A stretch of 64,000 bases of DNA from Heterodontus francisci (lineage: Eukaryota). How positions within the stretch are numbered: position 1 is the stretch's first letter; each line of letters starts with the position of its first letter. Under the pieces are notes generated by a model. It was not told the origin of the DNA and searched no databases. It saw nothing but the letters and a program-made list of their open reading frames with translations. The DNA is taken from the NCBI RefSeq assembly GCF_036365525.1, contig NC_090399.1, forward strand, positions 53,972,430-54,036,429. The letters are read 5' to 3'. The translations under genes were made by a program, and so were the position numbers. This document shows, in pieces, positions 1 through 14,258 of the stretch.

Positions 1-3000
1 AACAGGGGAGTGTGGAGTGGAGGGAAGGGTGGGGCTGATCGGGTACATGGAGGAACAGGGGAGTGTGGAGTGGAGGGAAGGGTGGGGCTGATCGGGTACA
101 TGGAGGAACAGGGGAGTGTGGAGTGGAGGGAAGGGTGGGGCTGATCGGGTACATAGAGGAACAGGGGAGTGTGGAGCGGAGGGAAGGGTGGGGCTGATCG
201 GGTACATAGAGGAACAGTAGAGTGTGGAGTGGAGGGAAGGGTGGGGCTGATCGGGTACATGGAGGAACAGGGGAGTGTGGAGCGGAGGGAAGGGTGGGGC
301 TGATCGGGAACATGGTGGAACAGGGGAGTGTGGAGCGGAGGGAAGGGTGGGGCTGATCGGGTACATGGAGGAACAGGGGAGTGTGGAGTGGAGGGAAGGG
401 TGGGGCTGATCGGGTACATGGAGGAACAGGGGAGTGTGGAGCGGAGGGAAGGGTGGGGCTGATCGGGTACATAGATGAACAGGGGAGTGTGGAGTGGAGG
501 GAAGGGTGGGGCTGATCGGGTACATGGAGGAACAGGGGAGTGTGGAGTGGAGGGAAGGGTGGGGCTGATCGGGTACAAAGAGGAACAGGGGAGTGTGGAG
601 TGGAGGGAAGGGTGGGGCTGATCGGGTACATGGAGGAAATGGGGAGTGTGGAGTCGAGGGAAGGGTGGGGCTGACCGGGTACAAAGAGGAACAGGGGAGT
701 GTGGAGTGGAGGGAAGGGTGGGGCTGATCGGGTACAAAGAGGAACAGGGGAGTGTGGAGTGGAGGGAAGGGTGGGGCTAATCGGGTACATGGTGGAACAG
801 GGGAGTGTGGAGTCGAGGGAAGGGTGGGGCTGATTGGGTACATAGAGGAACAGGGGAGTGTGGAGTGGAGGGAAGGGTGGGGCTGATCGGGTACATGGAG
901 GAACAGGGGAGTGTGGAGCGGAGGGAAGGGTGGGGCTGATCGGGGACATAGAGGAACAGGGGAGTGTGGAGTGGAGGGAAGGGTGGGGCTGATCGGGTAC
1001 ATGGAGGAACAGGGGAGTGTGGAGTGGAGGGAAGGGTGGGGCTGATCGGGTACAAAGAGGAACAGGGGAGTGTGGAGTGGAGGGAAGGGTGGGGCTGATC
1101 GGGTAAATAGAGGAACAGGGGTGTGTGGAGTGGAGGGAAGGGTGGGGCTGATCGGGTACATGGAGGAAATGGGGAGTGTGGAGTCGAGGGAAGGGTGGGG
1201 CTGATCGGGTACAAAGAGGAACAGGGGAGTGTGGAGTGGAGGGAAGGGTGGGGCTGATCGGGTACAAAGAGGAACAGGGGAGTGTGGAGTGGAGGGAAGG
1301 GTGGGGCTGATCGGGTACATGGAAGAACAGGGGAGTGTGGAGTGGAGGGAAGGGTGGGGCTGATCGGGTACATGGAGGAACAGGGGAGTGTGGAGTCGAG
1401 GGAAGCTGGGGCTGATCGGGTACATGGAGGAACAGGGGAGTGTGGAGTGGAGGGAAGGGTGGGGCTGATCGGGTACATAGAGGAACAGGGGAGTGTGGAG
1501 TGGAGGGAAGGGTGGGGCTGATCGGGTACATGGAGGAACAGGGGAGTGTGGAGTGGAGGGAAGGGTGGGGCTGATCGGGTACATGGAGAAACAGGGGAGT
1601 GTGGAGTGGAGGGAAGGGTGGGGCTGATCGGGTACATGGAGGAACAGGGGAGTGTGGAGTGGAGGGAAGGGTGGGGCTGATCGGGTACATGGAAGAACAG
1701 GGGAGTGTGGAGTGGAGGGAAGGGTGGGGCTGATCGGGTACATGGAGGAACAGGGGAGTGTGGAGTCGAGGGAAGGGTGGGGCTGATCGGGTACATAGAG
1801 GAACAGGGGAGTGTGGAGTGGAGGGAAGGGTGGGGCTGATCGGGTACATAGAGGAACAGGGGAGTGTGGAGTGAAGGGAAGGGTGGGGCTGATCGGGTAC
1901 ATGGAGAAACAGGGCAGTGTGGAGTGGAGGGAAGGGTGGGGCTGATCGGGTACATGGAGGAACAGGGGAGTGTGGAGTGGAGGGAAGGGTGGGGCTGATC
2001 GGGTACATAGAGGAACAGGGGAGTGTGGAGTGGAGGGAAGGGTGGGGCTGATCGGGTACATGGAGGAACAGGGGAGTGTGGAGTGGAGGGAAGGGTGGGG
2101 CTGATCGGGTACATGGAGGAACAGGGGAGTGTGGAGTGGAGGGAAGGGTGGGGCTGATCGGGTACATAGAGGAACAGGGGAGTGTGGAGTGGAGGGAAGG
2201 GTGGGGCTGATCGGGTACATAGAGGAACAGGGGAGTGTGGAGCGGAGGGAAGGGTGGGGCTGATCGGGTACATAGAGGAACAGGGGAGTGTGGAGTGGAG
2301 GGAAGGGTGGGGCTGATCGGGTACATGGAGGAACAGGGGAGTGTGGAGCGGAGGGAAGGGTGGGGCTGATCGGGTACATGGTGGAACAGGGGAGTGTGGA
2401 GTCGAGGGAAGGGTGGGGCTGATTGGGTACATAGAGGAACAGGGGAGTGTGGAGTGGAGGGAAGGGTGGGGCTGATCGGGTACATGGAGGAACAGGGGAG
2501 TGTGGAGCGGAGGGAAGGGTGGGGCTGATCGGGTACATAGAGGAACAGGGGAGTGTGGAGCGGAGGGAAGGGTGGGGCTGATCGGGTACATAGAGGAACA
2601 GGGGAGTGTGGAGTGGAGGGAAGGGTGGGGCTGATCGGGTACCTGGAGGAACAGGGGAGTGTGGAGTGGAGGGAAGGGTGGGGCTGATCGGGTACAAAGA
2701 GGAACAGGGGAGTGTGGAGTGGAGGGAAGGGTGGGGCTGATTGGGTAAATAGAGGAACAGGGGAGTGTGGAGTGGAGGGAAGGGTGGGGCTGATCGGGTA
2801 CATGGAGGAACAGGGGAGTGTGGAGTGGAGGGAAGGGTGGGGCTGATCGGGTACTTGGAGGAACAGGGGAGTGTGGAGTCGAGGGAAGGGTGGGGCTGAT
2901 CGGGTACATAGAGGAACAGGGGAGTGTGGAGTGGAGGGAAGGGTGGGGCTGATCGGGTACATAGAGGAACAGGGGAGTGTGGAGTGGAGGGAAGGGTGGG

Positions 3001-6000
3001 ACTGATCGGGTACATGGAGGAACAGGGGAGTGTGGAGTGGAGGGAAGGGTGGGGCTGATCGGGTACAAAGAGGAACAGGGGAGTGTGGAGTGGAGGGAAG
3101 GGTGGGGCTGATCGGGTACAAAGAGGAACAGGGGAGTGTGGAGTGGAGGGAAGGGTGGGGCTGATCGGGTACATAGAGGAACAGGGGAGTGTGGAGTGGA
3201 GGGAAGGGTGGGGCTGATCGGGTACATGGAGGAACAGGGGAGTGTGGAGTGGAGGGAAGGTTGGGGCTGATCGGGTACATGGTGGAACAGGGGAGTGTGG
3301 AGTGGAGGGAAGGGTGGGCTGATCGGGTACATAGAGGAACAGGGGAGTGTGGAGTGGAGGGAAGGGTGGGGCTGATCGGGTACATAGAGGAACAGGGGAG
3401 TGTGGAGCGGAGGGAAGGGTGGGGCTGATCGGGTACATAGAGGAACAGGGGAGTGTGGAGTGGAGGGAAGGGTGGGGCTGATCGGGTACATGGAGGAACA
3501 GGGGAGTGTGGAGTGGAGGGAAGGGTGGGGCTGATTGGGTAAATAGAGGAACAGGGGAGTGTGGAGTGGAGGGAAGGGTGGGGCTGATCGGGTACATGGA
3601 GGAACAGGGGAGTGTGGAGTGGAGGGAAGGGTGGGGCTGATCAGGTACATGGAGGAACAGGGGAGTGTGGAGTCGAGGGAAGGGTGGGGCTGATCGGGTA
3701 CATAGAGGAACAGGGGAGTGTGGAGTGGAGGGAAGGGTGGGGCTGATCGGGTACATAGAGGAACAGGGGAGTGTGGAGTGGAGGGAAGGGTGGGACTGAT
3801 CGGGTACATGGAGGAACAGGGGAGTGTGGAGTGGAGGGAAGGGTGGGGCTGATCGGGTACAAAGAGGAACAGGGGAGTGTGGAGTGGAGGGAAGGGTGGG
3901 GCTGATCGGGTACAAAGAGGAACAGGGGAGTGTGGAGTGGAGGGAAGGGTGGGGCTGATCGGGTACATAGAGGAACAGGGGAGTGTGGAGTGGAGGGAAG
4001 GGTGGGGCTGATCGGGTACATGGAGGAACAGGGGAGTGTGGAGTGGAGGGAAGGGTGGGGCTGATCGGGTACATGGTGGAACAGGGGAGTGTGGAGTGGA
4101 GGGAAGGGTGGGCTGATCGGGTACATAGAGGAACAGGGGAGTGTGGAGTGGAGGGAAGGGTGGGGCTGATCGGGTACATGGAGGAACAGGGGAGTGTGGA
4201 GTGAAGGGAAGGGTGGGCTGATCGGGTACATAGAGGAACAGGGGAGTGTGGAGTGGAGGGAAGGGTGGGGCTGATCCGGTACATGGTGGAACAGGGGAGT
4301 GTGGAGTGGAGGGAAGGGTGGGGCTGATCGGGTACATGGAGGAACAGGGGAGTGTGGAGTGGAGGGAAGGGTGGGGCTGATCGGGTACATGGTGGAACAG
4401 GGGAGTGTGGAGTGGAGGGAAGGGTGGGGCTGATCGGGTACATGGAGGAACAGGGGAGTGTGGAGTGGAGGGAAGGGTGGGGCTGATCGGGTACATGGAG
4501 GAACAGGGGAGTGTGGAGTGGAGGGAAGGGTGGGGCTGATCGGGTACATGGAGGAACAGGGGAGTGTGGAGTGGAGGGAAGGGTGGGGCTGATCGGGTAC
4601 ATGGTGGAACAGGGGAGTGTGGAGTGGAGGGAAGGGTGGGGCTGATCGGGTACATGGAGGAACAGGGGAGTGTGGAGTGGAGGGAAGGATGGGGCTGATC
4701 GGGTACATGGAGGAACAGGGGAGTGTGGAGTGGAGGGAAGGGTGGGGCTGATCGGGTACATGGTGGAACAGGGGAGTGTTGAGCGGAGGGAAGGGTGGGG
4801 CTGATTGGGTACATAGAGGAGCAGGGGAGTGTGGAGTGGAGGGAAGGATGGGGCTGATCGGGTACATAGAGGAACAGGGGAGTGTGGAGTGGAGGGAAGG
4901 GTGGGGCTGATCGGGTACATGGAGGAACAGGGGAGTGTGGAGCGGAGGGAAGGGTGGGGCTGATCGGGTACATAGAGGAACAGGGGAGTGTGGAGTGGAG
5001 GGAAGGGTGGGGCTGATCCGGTACATGGTGGAACAGGGGAGTGTGGAGTGGAGGGAAGGGTGGGGCTGATCGGGTTCATGGAGGAACAGGGGAGTGTGGA
5101 GTGAAGGGAAGGGTGGGCTGATCGGGTACATAGAGGAACAGGGGAGTGTGGAGTGGAGGGAAGGGTGGGGCTGATCCGGTACATGGTGGAACAGGGGAGT
5201 GTGGAGTGGAGGGAAGGGTGGGGCTGATCGGGTACATGGAGGAACAGGGGAGTGTGGAGTGGAGGGAAGGGTGGGGCTGATCGGGTACATGGTGGAACAG
5301 GGGAGTGTGGAGTGGAGGGAAGGGTGGGGCTGATCGGGTACATGGAGGAACAGGGGAGTGTGGAGTCGAGGGAAGGGTGGGGCTGATCGGGTACATGGAG
5401 GAACAGGGGAGTGTGGAGTGGAGGGAAGGGTGGGGCTGATCGGGTACATGGAGGAACAGGGGAGTGTGGAGTGGAGGGAAGGGTGGGGCTGATCGGGTAC
5501 ATAGAGGAACAGGGGAGTGTGGAGTGGAGGGAAGGGTGGGGCTGATTGGGTACATAGAGGAGCAGGGGAGTGTGGAGTGGAGGGAAGGGTGGGGCTGATC
5601 GGGTACATGGTGGAACAGGGGAGTGTGGAGCGGAGGGAAGGGTGGGGCTGATTGGGTACATAGAGGAGCAGGGGAGTGTGGAGTGGAGGGAAGGGTGGGG
5701 CTGATCGGGTACATGGAGGAACAGGGGAGTGTGGAGTGGAGGGAAGGATGGGGCTGATCGGGTACATAGAGGAACAGGGGAGTGTGGAGTGGAGGGAAGG
5801 GTGGGGCTGATCGGGTACATGGTGGAACAGGGGAGTGTGGAGTCGAGGGAAGGGTGGGGCTGATTGGGTACATAGAGGAACAGGGGAGTGTGGAGTGGAG
5901 GGAAGGGTGGGGCTGATCGGGTACATGGAGGAACAGGGGAGTGTGGAGCGGAGGGAAGGGTGGGGCTGATCGGGGACATAGAGGAACAGGGGAGTGTGGA

Positions 6001-9000
6001 GTGGAGGGAAAGGTGGGGCTGATCGGGTACATGGAGGAACAGGGGAGTGTGGAGTGGAGGGAAGGGTGGGGCTGATCGGGTACAAAGAGGAACAGGGGAG
6101 TGTGGAGTGGAGGGAAGGGTGGGGCTGATCGGGTAAATAGAGGAACAGGGGTGTGTGGAGTGGAGGGAAGGGTGGGGCTGATCGGGTACATGGAGGAAAT
6201 GGGGAGTGTGGAGTCGAGGGAAGGGTGGGGCTGATCGGGTACAAAGAGGAACAGGGGAGTGTGGAGTGGAGGGAAGGGTGGGGCTGATCGGGTACAAAGA
6301 GGAACAGGGGAGTGTGGAGTGGAGGGAAGGGTGGGGCTGATCGGGTACATGGAAGAACAGGGGAGTGTGGAGTGGAGGGAAGGGTGGGGCTGATCGGGTA
6401 CATGGAGGAACAGGGGAGTGTGGAGTCGAGGGAAGCTGGGGCTGATCGGGTACATGGAGGAACAGGGGAGTGTGGAGTGGAGGGAAGGGTGGGGCTGATC
6501 GGGTACATAGAGGAACAGGGGAGTGTGGAGTGGAGGGAAGGGTGGGGCTGATCGGGTACATGGAGGAACAGGGGAGTGTGGAGTGGAGGGAAGGGTGGGG
6601 CTGATCGGGTACATGGAGAAACAGGGGAGTGTGGAGTGGAGGGAAGGGTGGGGCTGATCGGGTACATGGAGGAACAGGGGAGTGTGGAGTGGAGGGAAGG
6701 GTGGGGCTGATCGGGTACATGGAAGAACAGGGGAGTGTGGAGTGGAGGGAAGGGTGGGGCTGATCGGGTACATGGAGGAACAGGGGAGTGTGGAGTCGAG
6801 GGAAGGGTGGGGCTGATCGGGTACATAGAGGAACAGGGGAGTGTGGAGTGGAGGGAAGGGTGGGGCTGATCGGGTACATAGAGGAACAGGGGAGTGTGGA
6901 GTGAAGGGAAGGGTGGGGCTGATCGGGTACATGGAGAAACAGGGCAGTGTGGAGTGGAGGGAAGGGTGGGGCTGATCGGGTACATGGAGGAACAGGGGAG
7001 TGTGGAGTGGAGGGAAGGGTGGGGCTGATCGGGTACATAGAGGAACAGGGGAGTGTGGAGTGGAGGGAAGGGTGGGGCTGATCGGGTACATGGAGGAACA
7101 GGGGAGTGTGGAGTGGAGGGAAGGGTGGGGCTGATCGGGTACATGGAGGAACAGGGGAGTGTGGAGTGGAGGGAAGGGTGGGGCTGATCGGGTACATAGA
7201 GGAACAGGGGAGTGTGGAGTGGAGGGAAGGGTGGGGCTGATCGGGTACATAGAGGAACAGGGGAGTGTGGAGCGGAGGGAAGGGTGGGGCTGATCGGGTA
7301 CATAGAGGAACAGGGGAGTGTGGAGTGGAGGGAAGGGTGGGGCTGATCGGGTACATGGAGGAACAGGGGAGTGTGGAGCGGAGGGAAGGGTGGGGCTGAT
7401 CGGGTACATGGTGGAACAGGGGAGTGTGGAGTCGAGGGAAGGGTGGGGCTGATTGGGTACATAGAGGAACAGGGGAGTGTGGAGTGGAGGGAAGGGTGGG
7501 GCTGATCGGGTACATGGAGGAACAGGGGAGTGTGGAGCGGAGGGAAGGGTGGGGCTGATCGGGTACATAGAGGAACAGGGGAGTGTGGAGCGGAGGGAAG
7601 GGTGGGGCTGATCGGGTACATAGAGGAACAGGGGAGTGTGGAGTGGAGGGAAGGGTGGGGCTGATCGGGTACCTGGAGGAACAGGGGAGTGTGGAGTGGA
7701 GGGAAGGGTGGGGCTGATCGGGTACAAAGAGGAACAGGGGAGTGTGGAGTGGAGGGAAGGGTGGGGCTGATTGGGTAAATAGAGGAACAGGGGAGTGTGG
7801 AGTGGAGGGAAGGGTGGGGCTGATCGGGTACATGGAGGAACAGGGGAGTGTGGAGTGGAGGGAAGGGTGGGGCTGATCGGGTACTTGGAGGAACAGGGGA
7901 GTGTGGAGTCGAGGGAAGGGTGGGGCTGATCGGGTACATAGAGGAACAGGGGAGTGTGGAGTGGAGGGAAGGGTGGGGCTGATCGGGTACATAGAGGAAC
8001 AGGGGAGTGTGGAGTGGAGGGAAGGGTGGGACTGATCGGGTACATGGAGGAACAGGGGAGTGTGGAGTGGAGGGAAGGGTGGGGCTGATCGGGTACAAAG
8101 AGGAACAGGGGAGTGTGGAGTGGAGGGAAGGGTGGGGCTGATCGGGTACAAAGAGGAACAGGGGAGTGTGGAGTGGAGGGAAGGGTGGGGCTGATCGGGT
8201 ACATAGAGGAACAGGGGAGTGTGGAGTGGAGGGAAGGGTGGGGCTGATCGGGTACATGGAGGAACAGGGGAGTGTGGAGTGGAGGGAAGGTTGGGGCTGA
8301 TCGGGTACATGGTGGAACAGGGGAGTGTGGAGTGGAGGGAAGGGTGGGCTGATCGGGTACATAGAGGAACAGGGGAGTGTGGAGTGGAGGGAAGGGTGGG
8401 GCTGATCGGGTACATAGAGGAACAGGGGAGTGTGGAGCGGAGGGAAGGGTGGGGCTGATCGGGTACATAGAGGAACAGGGGAGTGTGGAGTGGAGGGAAG
8501 GGTGGGGCTGATCGGGTACATGGAGGAACAGGGGAGTGTGGAGTGGAGGGAAGGGTGGGGCTGATTGGGTAAATAGAGGAACAGGGGAGTGTGGAGTGGA
8601 GGGAAGGGTGGGGCTGATCGGGTACATGGAGGAACAGGGGAGTGTGGAGTGGAGGGAAGGGTGGGGCTGATCGGGTACATGGAGGAACAGGGGAGTGTGG
8701 AGTCGAGGGAAGGGTGGGGCTGATCGGGTACATAGAGGAACAGGGGAGTGTGGAGTGGAGGGAAGGGTGGGGCTGATCGGGTACATAGAGGAACAGGGGA
8801 GTGTGGAGTGGAGGGAAGGGTGGGACTGATCGGGTACATGGAGGAACAGGGGAGTGTGGAGTGGAGGGAAGGGTGGGGCTGATCGGGTACAAAGAGGAAC
8901 AGGGGAGTGTGGAGTGGAGGGAAGGGTGGGGCTGATCGGGTACAAAGAGGAACAGGGGAGTGTGGAGTGGAGGGAAGGGTGGGGCTGATCGGGTACATAG

Positions 9001-11107
9001 AGGAACAGGGGAGTGTGGAGTGGAGGGAAGGGTGGGGCTGATCGGGTACATGGAGGAACAGGGGAGTGTGGAGTGGAGGGAAGGGTGGGGCTGATCGGGT
9101 ACATGGTGGAACAGGGGAGTGTGGAGTGGAGGGAAGGGTGGGCTGATCGGGTACATAGAGGAACAGGGGAGTGTGGAGTGGAGGGAAGGGTGGGGCTGAT
9201 CGGGTACATGGAGGAACAGGGGAGTGTGGAGTGAAGGGAAGGGTGGGCTGATCGGGTACATAGAGGAACAGGGGAGTGTGGAGTGGAGGGAAGGGTGGGG
9301 CTGATCCGGTACATGGTGGAACAGGGGAGTGTGGAGTGGAGGGAAGGGTGGGGCTGATCGGGTACATGGAGGAACAGGGGAGTGTGGAGTGGAGGGAAGG
9401 GTGGGGCTGATCGGGTACATGGTGGAACAGGGGAGTGTGGAGTGGAGGGAAGGGTGGGGCTGATCGGGTACATGGAGGAACAGGGGAGTGTGGAGTGGAG
9501 GGAAGGGTGGGGCTGATCGGGTACATGGAGGAACAGGGGAGTGTGGAGTGGAGGGAAGGGTGGGGCTGATCGGGTACATGGAGGAACAGGGGAGTGTGGA
9601 GTGGAGGGAAGGGTGGGGCTGATCGGGTACATGGTGGAACAGGGGAGTGTGGAGTGGAGGGAAGGGTGGGGCTGATCGGGTACATGGAGGAACAGGGGAG
9701 TGTGGAGTGGAGGGAAGGATGGGGCTGATCGGGTACATGGAGGAACAGGGGAGTGTGGAGTGGAGGGAAGGGTGGGGCTGATCGGGTACATGGTGGAACA
9801 GGGGAGTGTTGAGCGGAGGGAAGGGTGGGGCTGATTGGGTACATGGAGGAACAGGGGAGTGTGGAGTGAAGGGAAGGGTGGGCTGATCGGGTACATAGAG
9901 GAACAGGGGAGTGTGGAGTGGAGGGAAGGGTGGGGCTGATCCGGTACATGGTGGAACAGGGGAGTGTGGAGTGGAGGGAAGGGTGGGGCTGATCGGGTAC
10001 ATGGAGGAACAGGGGAGTGTGGAGTGGAGGGAAGGGTGGGGCTGATCGGGTACATGGTGGAACAGGGGAGTGTGGAGTGGAGGGAAGGGTGGGGCTGATC
10101 GGGTACATGGAGGAACAGGGGAGTGTGGAGTCGAGGGAAGGGTGGGGCTGATCGGGTACATGGAGGAACAGGGGAGTGTGGAGTGGAGGGAAGGGTGGGG
10201 CTGATCGGGTACATGGAGGAACAGGGGAGTGTGGAGTGGAGGGAAGGGTGGGGCTGATCGGGTACATGGTGGAACAGGGGAGTGTGGAGTGGAGGGAAGG
10301 GTGGGGCTGATCGGGTACATGGAGGAACAGGGGAGTGTGGAGTGGAGGGAAGGATGGGGCTGATCGGGTACATGGAGGAACAGGGGAGTGTGGAGTGGAG
10401 GGAAGGGTGGGGCTGATCGGGTACATGGTGGAACAGGGGAGTGTGGAGCGGAGGGAAGGGTGGGGCTGATTGGGTACATAGAGGAGCAGGGGAGTGTGGA
10501 GTGGAGGGAAGGGTGGGGCTGATCGGGTACATGGAGGAACAGGGGAGTGTGGAGTGGAGGGAAGGATGGGGCTGATCGGGTACATAGAGGAACAGGGGAG
10601 TGTGGAGTGGAGGGAAGGGTGGGGCTGATCGGGTACATGGAGGAACAGGGGAGTGTGGAGCGGAGGGAAGGGTGGGGCTGATCGGGTACATGGAGGAACA
10701 GGGGAGTGTGGAGCGGAGGGAAGGGTGGGGCTGATCGGGTACATGGTGGAACAGGGGAGTGTGGAGTGGAGGGAAGGGTGGGGCTGATCGGGTACATGGT
10801 GGAACAGGGGAGTGTGGAGCCGAGGGAAGGGTGGGGCTGATCGGGTACATGGAGGAACTGGGGATTGTGGAGTGGAGGGAAGGTGTGGAGTGGAGGGAAG
10901 GGTGGGGCTGATCGGGTACAAAGAGGAACAGGGGAGTGTGGAGTGGAGGGAAGGTTGGGGCTGATCGGGTACATGGAGGAACAGGGGAGTGTGGAGTGGA
11001 GGGAAGGTGTGGAGTGGAGGGAAGGGTGGGGCTGATCGGTTACATGGTGGAACAGGGGAGTGTGGAGTGGAGGGAAGGTGTGGAGTGGAGGGAAGGGTGG
11101 GGCTGAT
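1..11107 (+). repeat. G-rich 53-bp minisatellite, about 209 units (extends beyond window start), probably within intron 2 of the MHC class II alpha gene
   Basis: Unit AACAGGGGAGTGTGGAGTGGAGGGAAGGGTGGGGCTGATCGGGTACATGGAGG repeats continuously with point variants and 1-bp deletions. The minus strand is almost stop-free, which gives the 1398-2426 aa repeat ORFs. Confidence 0.98.
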
Positions 11108-12204
11108 TTTGATATAAGTGAAAGCTTCAATTTAAGTTAGTCTGAAGATACTGGCTGCTGCTCCTTGAGGCTGCAAGCACAGGATGTTTTATATCAGTGG
11201 CAATCCTGGTGCTCGTGACAGTGACGGTGGGTTCCACCAATGAAAGGCACCCCCCCCCTGCCATATGATCCCAAGTGGCCCCCGTGCCCAGTGCTGCATT
11301 GTTAATTTACATATATAATTGCGTCAAATGGGAAATGCTGCAGAAGCGGAAGTTACGCCAACTTCCGGTCCCACCGTTGGGAACACTGCGGCAATTATAA
11401 AATTCACCCCCACCCCCCTCCGATTTAATTAGACATGGAACAGGCTCGAGGGGCTAAATGGCCTACTCCTGTTCCTATGTTCCTAGTTGAAGGTGGCAGA
11501 GATGGTCAGCTCATGGAGTATGACCCCAGAACCTGGATTGAATGCAGGAAATGTTTCAATGGACTGATAAGAACAGTAAGGGTGAGTACAGCTCTTCATT
11601 TCTCCCTCTCTTTCAGTAACACCTATCAACAGTCCCACCTCCCCAACATCAAATTCTTCACCACCAATCAATAGGGCACACTATACCACCTCTAATTCTC
11701 AGTTCAAACACACTAACTCACCTCTTGTTGTCTTTACAGCCATCATCAACATCTTTCTGGTCTCACATTGTAGCAATTGCAGAACCAGGAACTCCTCTCA
11801 TTACTCCTTCCTCATCACACTCCAGCCACTTGCGTTCAACATCTTCTCATCCTACTTGCACCTTGCTTCAGCTCCCTCTCAGCATATGCACGATATGCAT
11901 AATTCTCGCTCTCTTTTTCTTTAGGAGAACATGGCACATAACTAAAACGAGAATTGCAAGACTGGGGGCCGAACCACCAGCATTATGGCCCTCACCCAGT
12001 TTAAGAAGCTTCTAAAGCAATGTGTATTGGACACAGCAAGTCTAGTGGCTTCTCTGGGCAGGATGTCTACCTGTTAATTGTACCCTGTCAAGTACTTCAA
12101 AAACTCACACTTTCCGTCAGTTTGACAACTTCGAGCTTTGTAGTGAAGCTTGTCATCTGCTCTTGTTCAACCTGTCCGTCCCAGGCTAACTCTTCGAATC
12201 ATAC

Positions 12205-13470
12205 AATCATAGAATGGCACAGCACAGAAGGAGGCCATTCAGCCCATTGTGCCTGTGATAGAACCATCCAATTAGTCCCATTCCCAATCCAATTCTCTTT
12301 CGAAAGTCACTGCTGAATCTGCTTTCAACACCCTTTCAGGAAGAGCGTTCCACATCATAACAACTCATTGCGCAATATATTTCTTCCTCATGTCGCCTCC
12401 ACTTGTTTTGCCAATTACCTTAAATCTGTAACTTCTAGTTTCTGACACTTTTGCCGCTGGAAACTGTTTTTCATTATTTACTCTTCATGATTTTGAACAC
12501 CTCTGTCAAGAATTCCCTTCACCTTCTCTGCTCCAAGGACAACAATCTCAGGTTCTCCAGTCTCTTCACATAACTGAAGTCCCTCATTCCTGGTCCCATT
12601 CTAGTAAATCTCTTCTTCACCCTCTCTAAGGTCTTGATATCTTTCCTAAAGTGTTGTGCCCGGAATTGGCCACAGGACTTCAGCTGAGGCCTAAGCAGTG
12701 TTTTGTAAAGGTTTAGCTTATAATTATAAAACCATTAAGCTGTTTTGGAGCCTTCTCAACTGGTCCTGTCACCTTCAAAGATTTGAGTTACATACACCCC
12801 CTTGGAAATTGACCATTTAGTTATATTGCCTCTCCTTATTCTTCCTACCAAAATGCATGCCTCCACATTTCTCTGCAAAAAATTTCATCTGCCCTTTCAC
12901 CGGCCTATGTCCTCCTGAACTCTGCTGGTCTACTCCTCACTGTTTACTATATTTCTGGTTCCGTGTCATCTGTAAACTTTGAAATTATGCCCTGTGTACC
13001 CAAGTAAAGTCGTTAATATATATCAAAAAGAGATCTACGGTCCGAAGACTGACTCCTGGGGAACACCACTGTATACTTACCTCCAGTCTGAAAAGCAACC
13101 ATTCACCACTCTCTTCTTTCTGTCCCTTAGTCGATTTTACATTCCTGTTGACACTGTCCCTTTAATCCCATGGTCAACCACATCACCCTCATCAACCCTC
13201 TCGGTTACTTCATGAACAAACGCAGTCAAGTTAGTCAGATGTGATTTTTCCTTTGACAAATCAATGCTGACTTTCATTTATTAACCCATATTTTCCCACT
13301 TGCCAAACAATTTAGTCTGTCCCAGATTATTGTCCCGAGAAACTTCCCCATCACTGACATTCAGCTGACTGCCCCGTAGCTGCTGCGTTTTTCCCTCTTC
13401 TGGTTTTTTGAAGCAGGATGTAATATTTGCAATCCTCCAGTCCTCTGGCACCACTTCCATATCCATGGAG
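12205..13470 (-). mobile_element. Degenerate CR1-type LINE fragment (3' end plus RT part)
   Basis: Starts with the reverse CR1 tail ATCATAGAATGGCACAGCACAGAAGGAGGCCATTCAGCCC. Minus ORF 13281-13466 reads EVVPEDWRIANI. Confidence 0.75.
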
Positions 13471-14188
13471 GATTAGAAGATTGTGAGCTGGGCCTGTGTT
13501 TTAACCTAACAACCCTTTTATCTGCATATTTCCACCCTGAGCTCCTTCAGGAACCTAGGATGCATCCTTTAGGATACCTTCCTTCTCCTTTTAGCAGATT
13601 TGTAAAATTACAGACAGTACTATGTCTGACAGTTAACTTTATTTATCATTGTTTCAATACATTGATCTGAAAATGGCATACAGTATAATACAGGGGAAAC
13701 TTCTAGAGGAAAAATGTGAGGCGTTGCTTATCCAAGTCTGCTCATGCTACCTGCTCATGAAGATAGGCAATAAGTTCCTACTGAGTGAAACGTTTTACCT
13801 CTGTTTATACCATTTTCATTCATTATCTAATTCCTGCTGGATTTAAACATGTCCATGTTTTATGAGGAGATTGAACATATTGTTGGATAATTATTGGGGG
13901 GGGGGGGTGGTCTTATATCCTGTGTCAGCTATTACAATCAGGTAAAGAGGCATCAAAGGGCTCCTTTCTTCTCCCTCTCCTTGTTTGACCACAACAAGTT
14001 TATGTATTTTTTTCATGTGGATATACTTGCCAATTCAATGAGTGTTGGCTATTTACATGTTATGATCATTAAAAGAACCAATCGGGCAGTTTGTTTGAAT
14101 TTAGGACAGAATGGGGTTAGCTTTATTGTACTTAAACTGATCTAAATAAAATAATAAACTATGCTCCAACTTTCACACACACTCGAGG

Positions 14189-14190
<2 letters not shown>

Positions 14191-14256
<66 letters not shown>
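14191..14256 (+). repeat. (CA)n microsatellite
   Basis: About 33 uninterrupted CA units. Confidence 0.97.

Positions 14257-14258
<2 letters not shown>

Noticed and set aside
777-10921. 1398-, 1924- and 2426-aa Pro/His/Ser-rich minus-strand ORFs
   Set aside because: All frames of the nearly stop-free 53-bp unit cycle through the same peptide, and 1-bp indels are tolerated. There is no non-repeat coding flank, so these are repeat artefacts.
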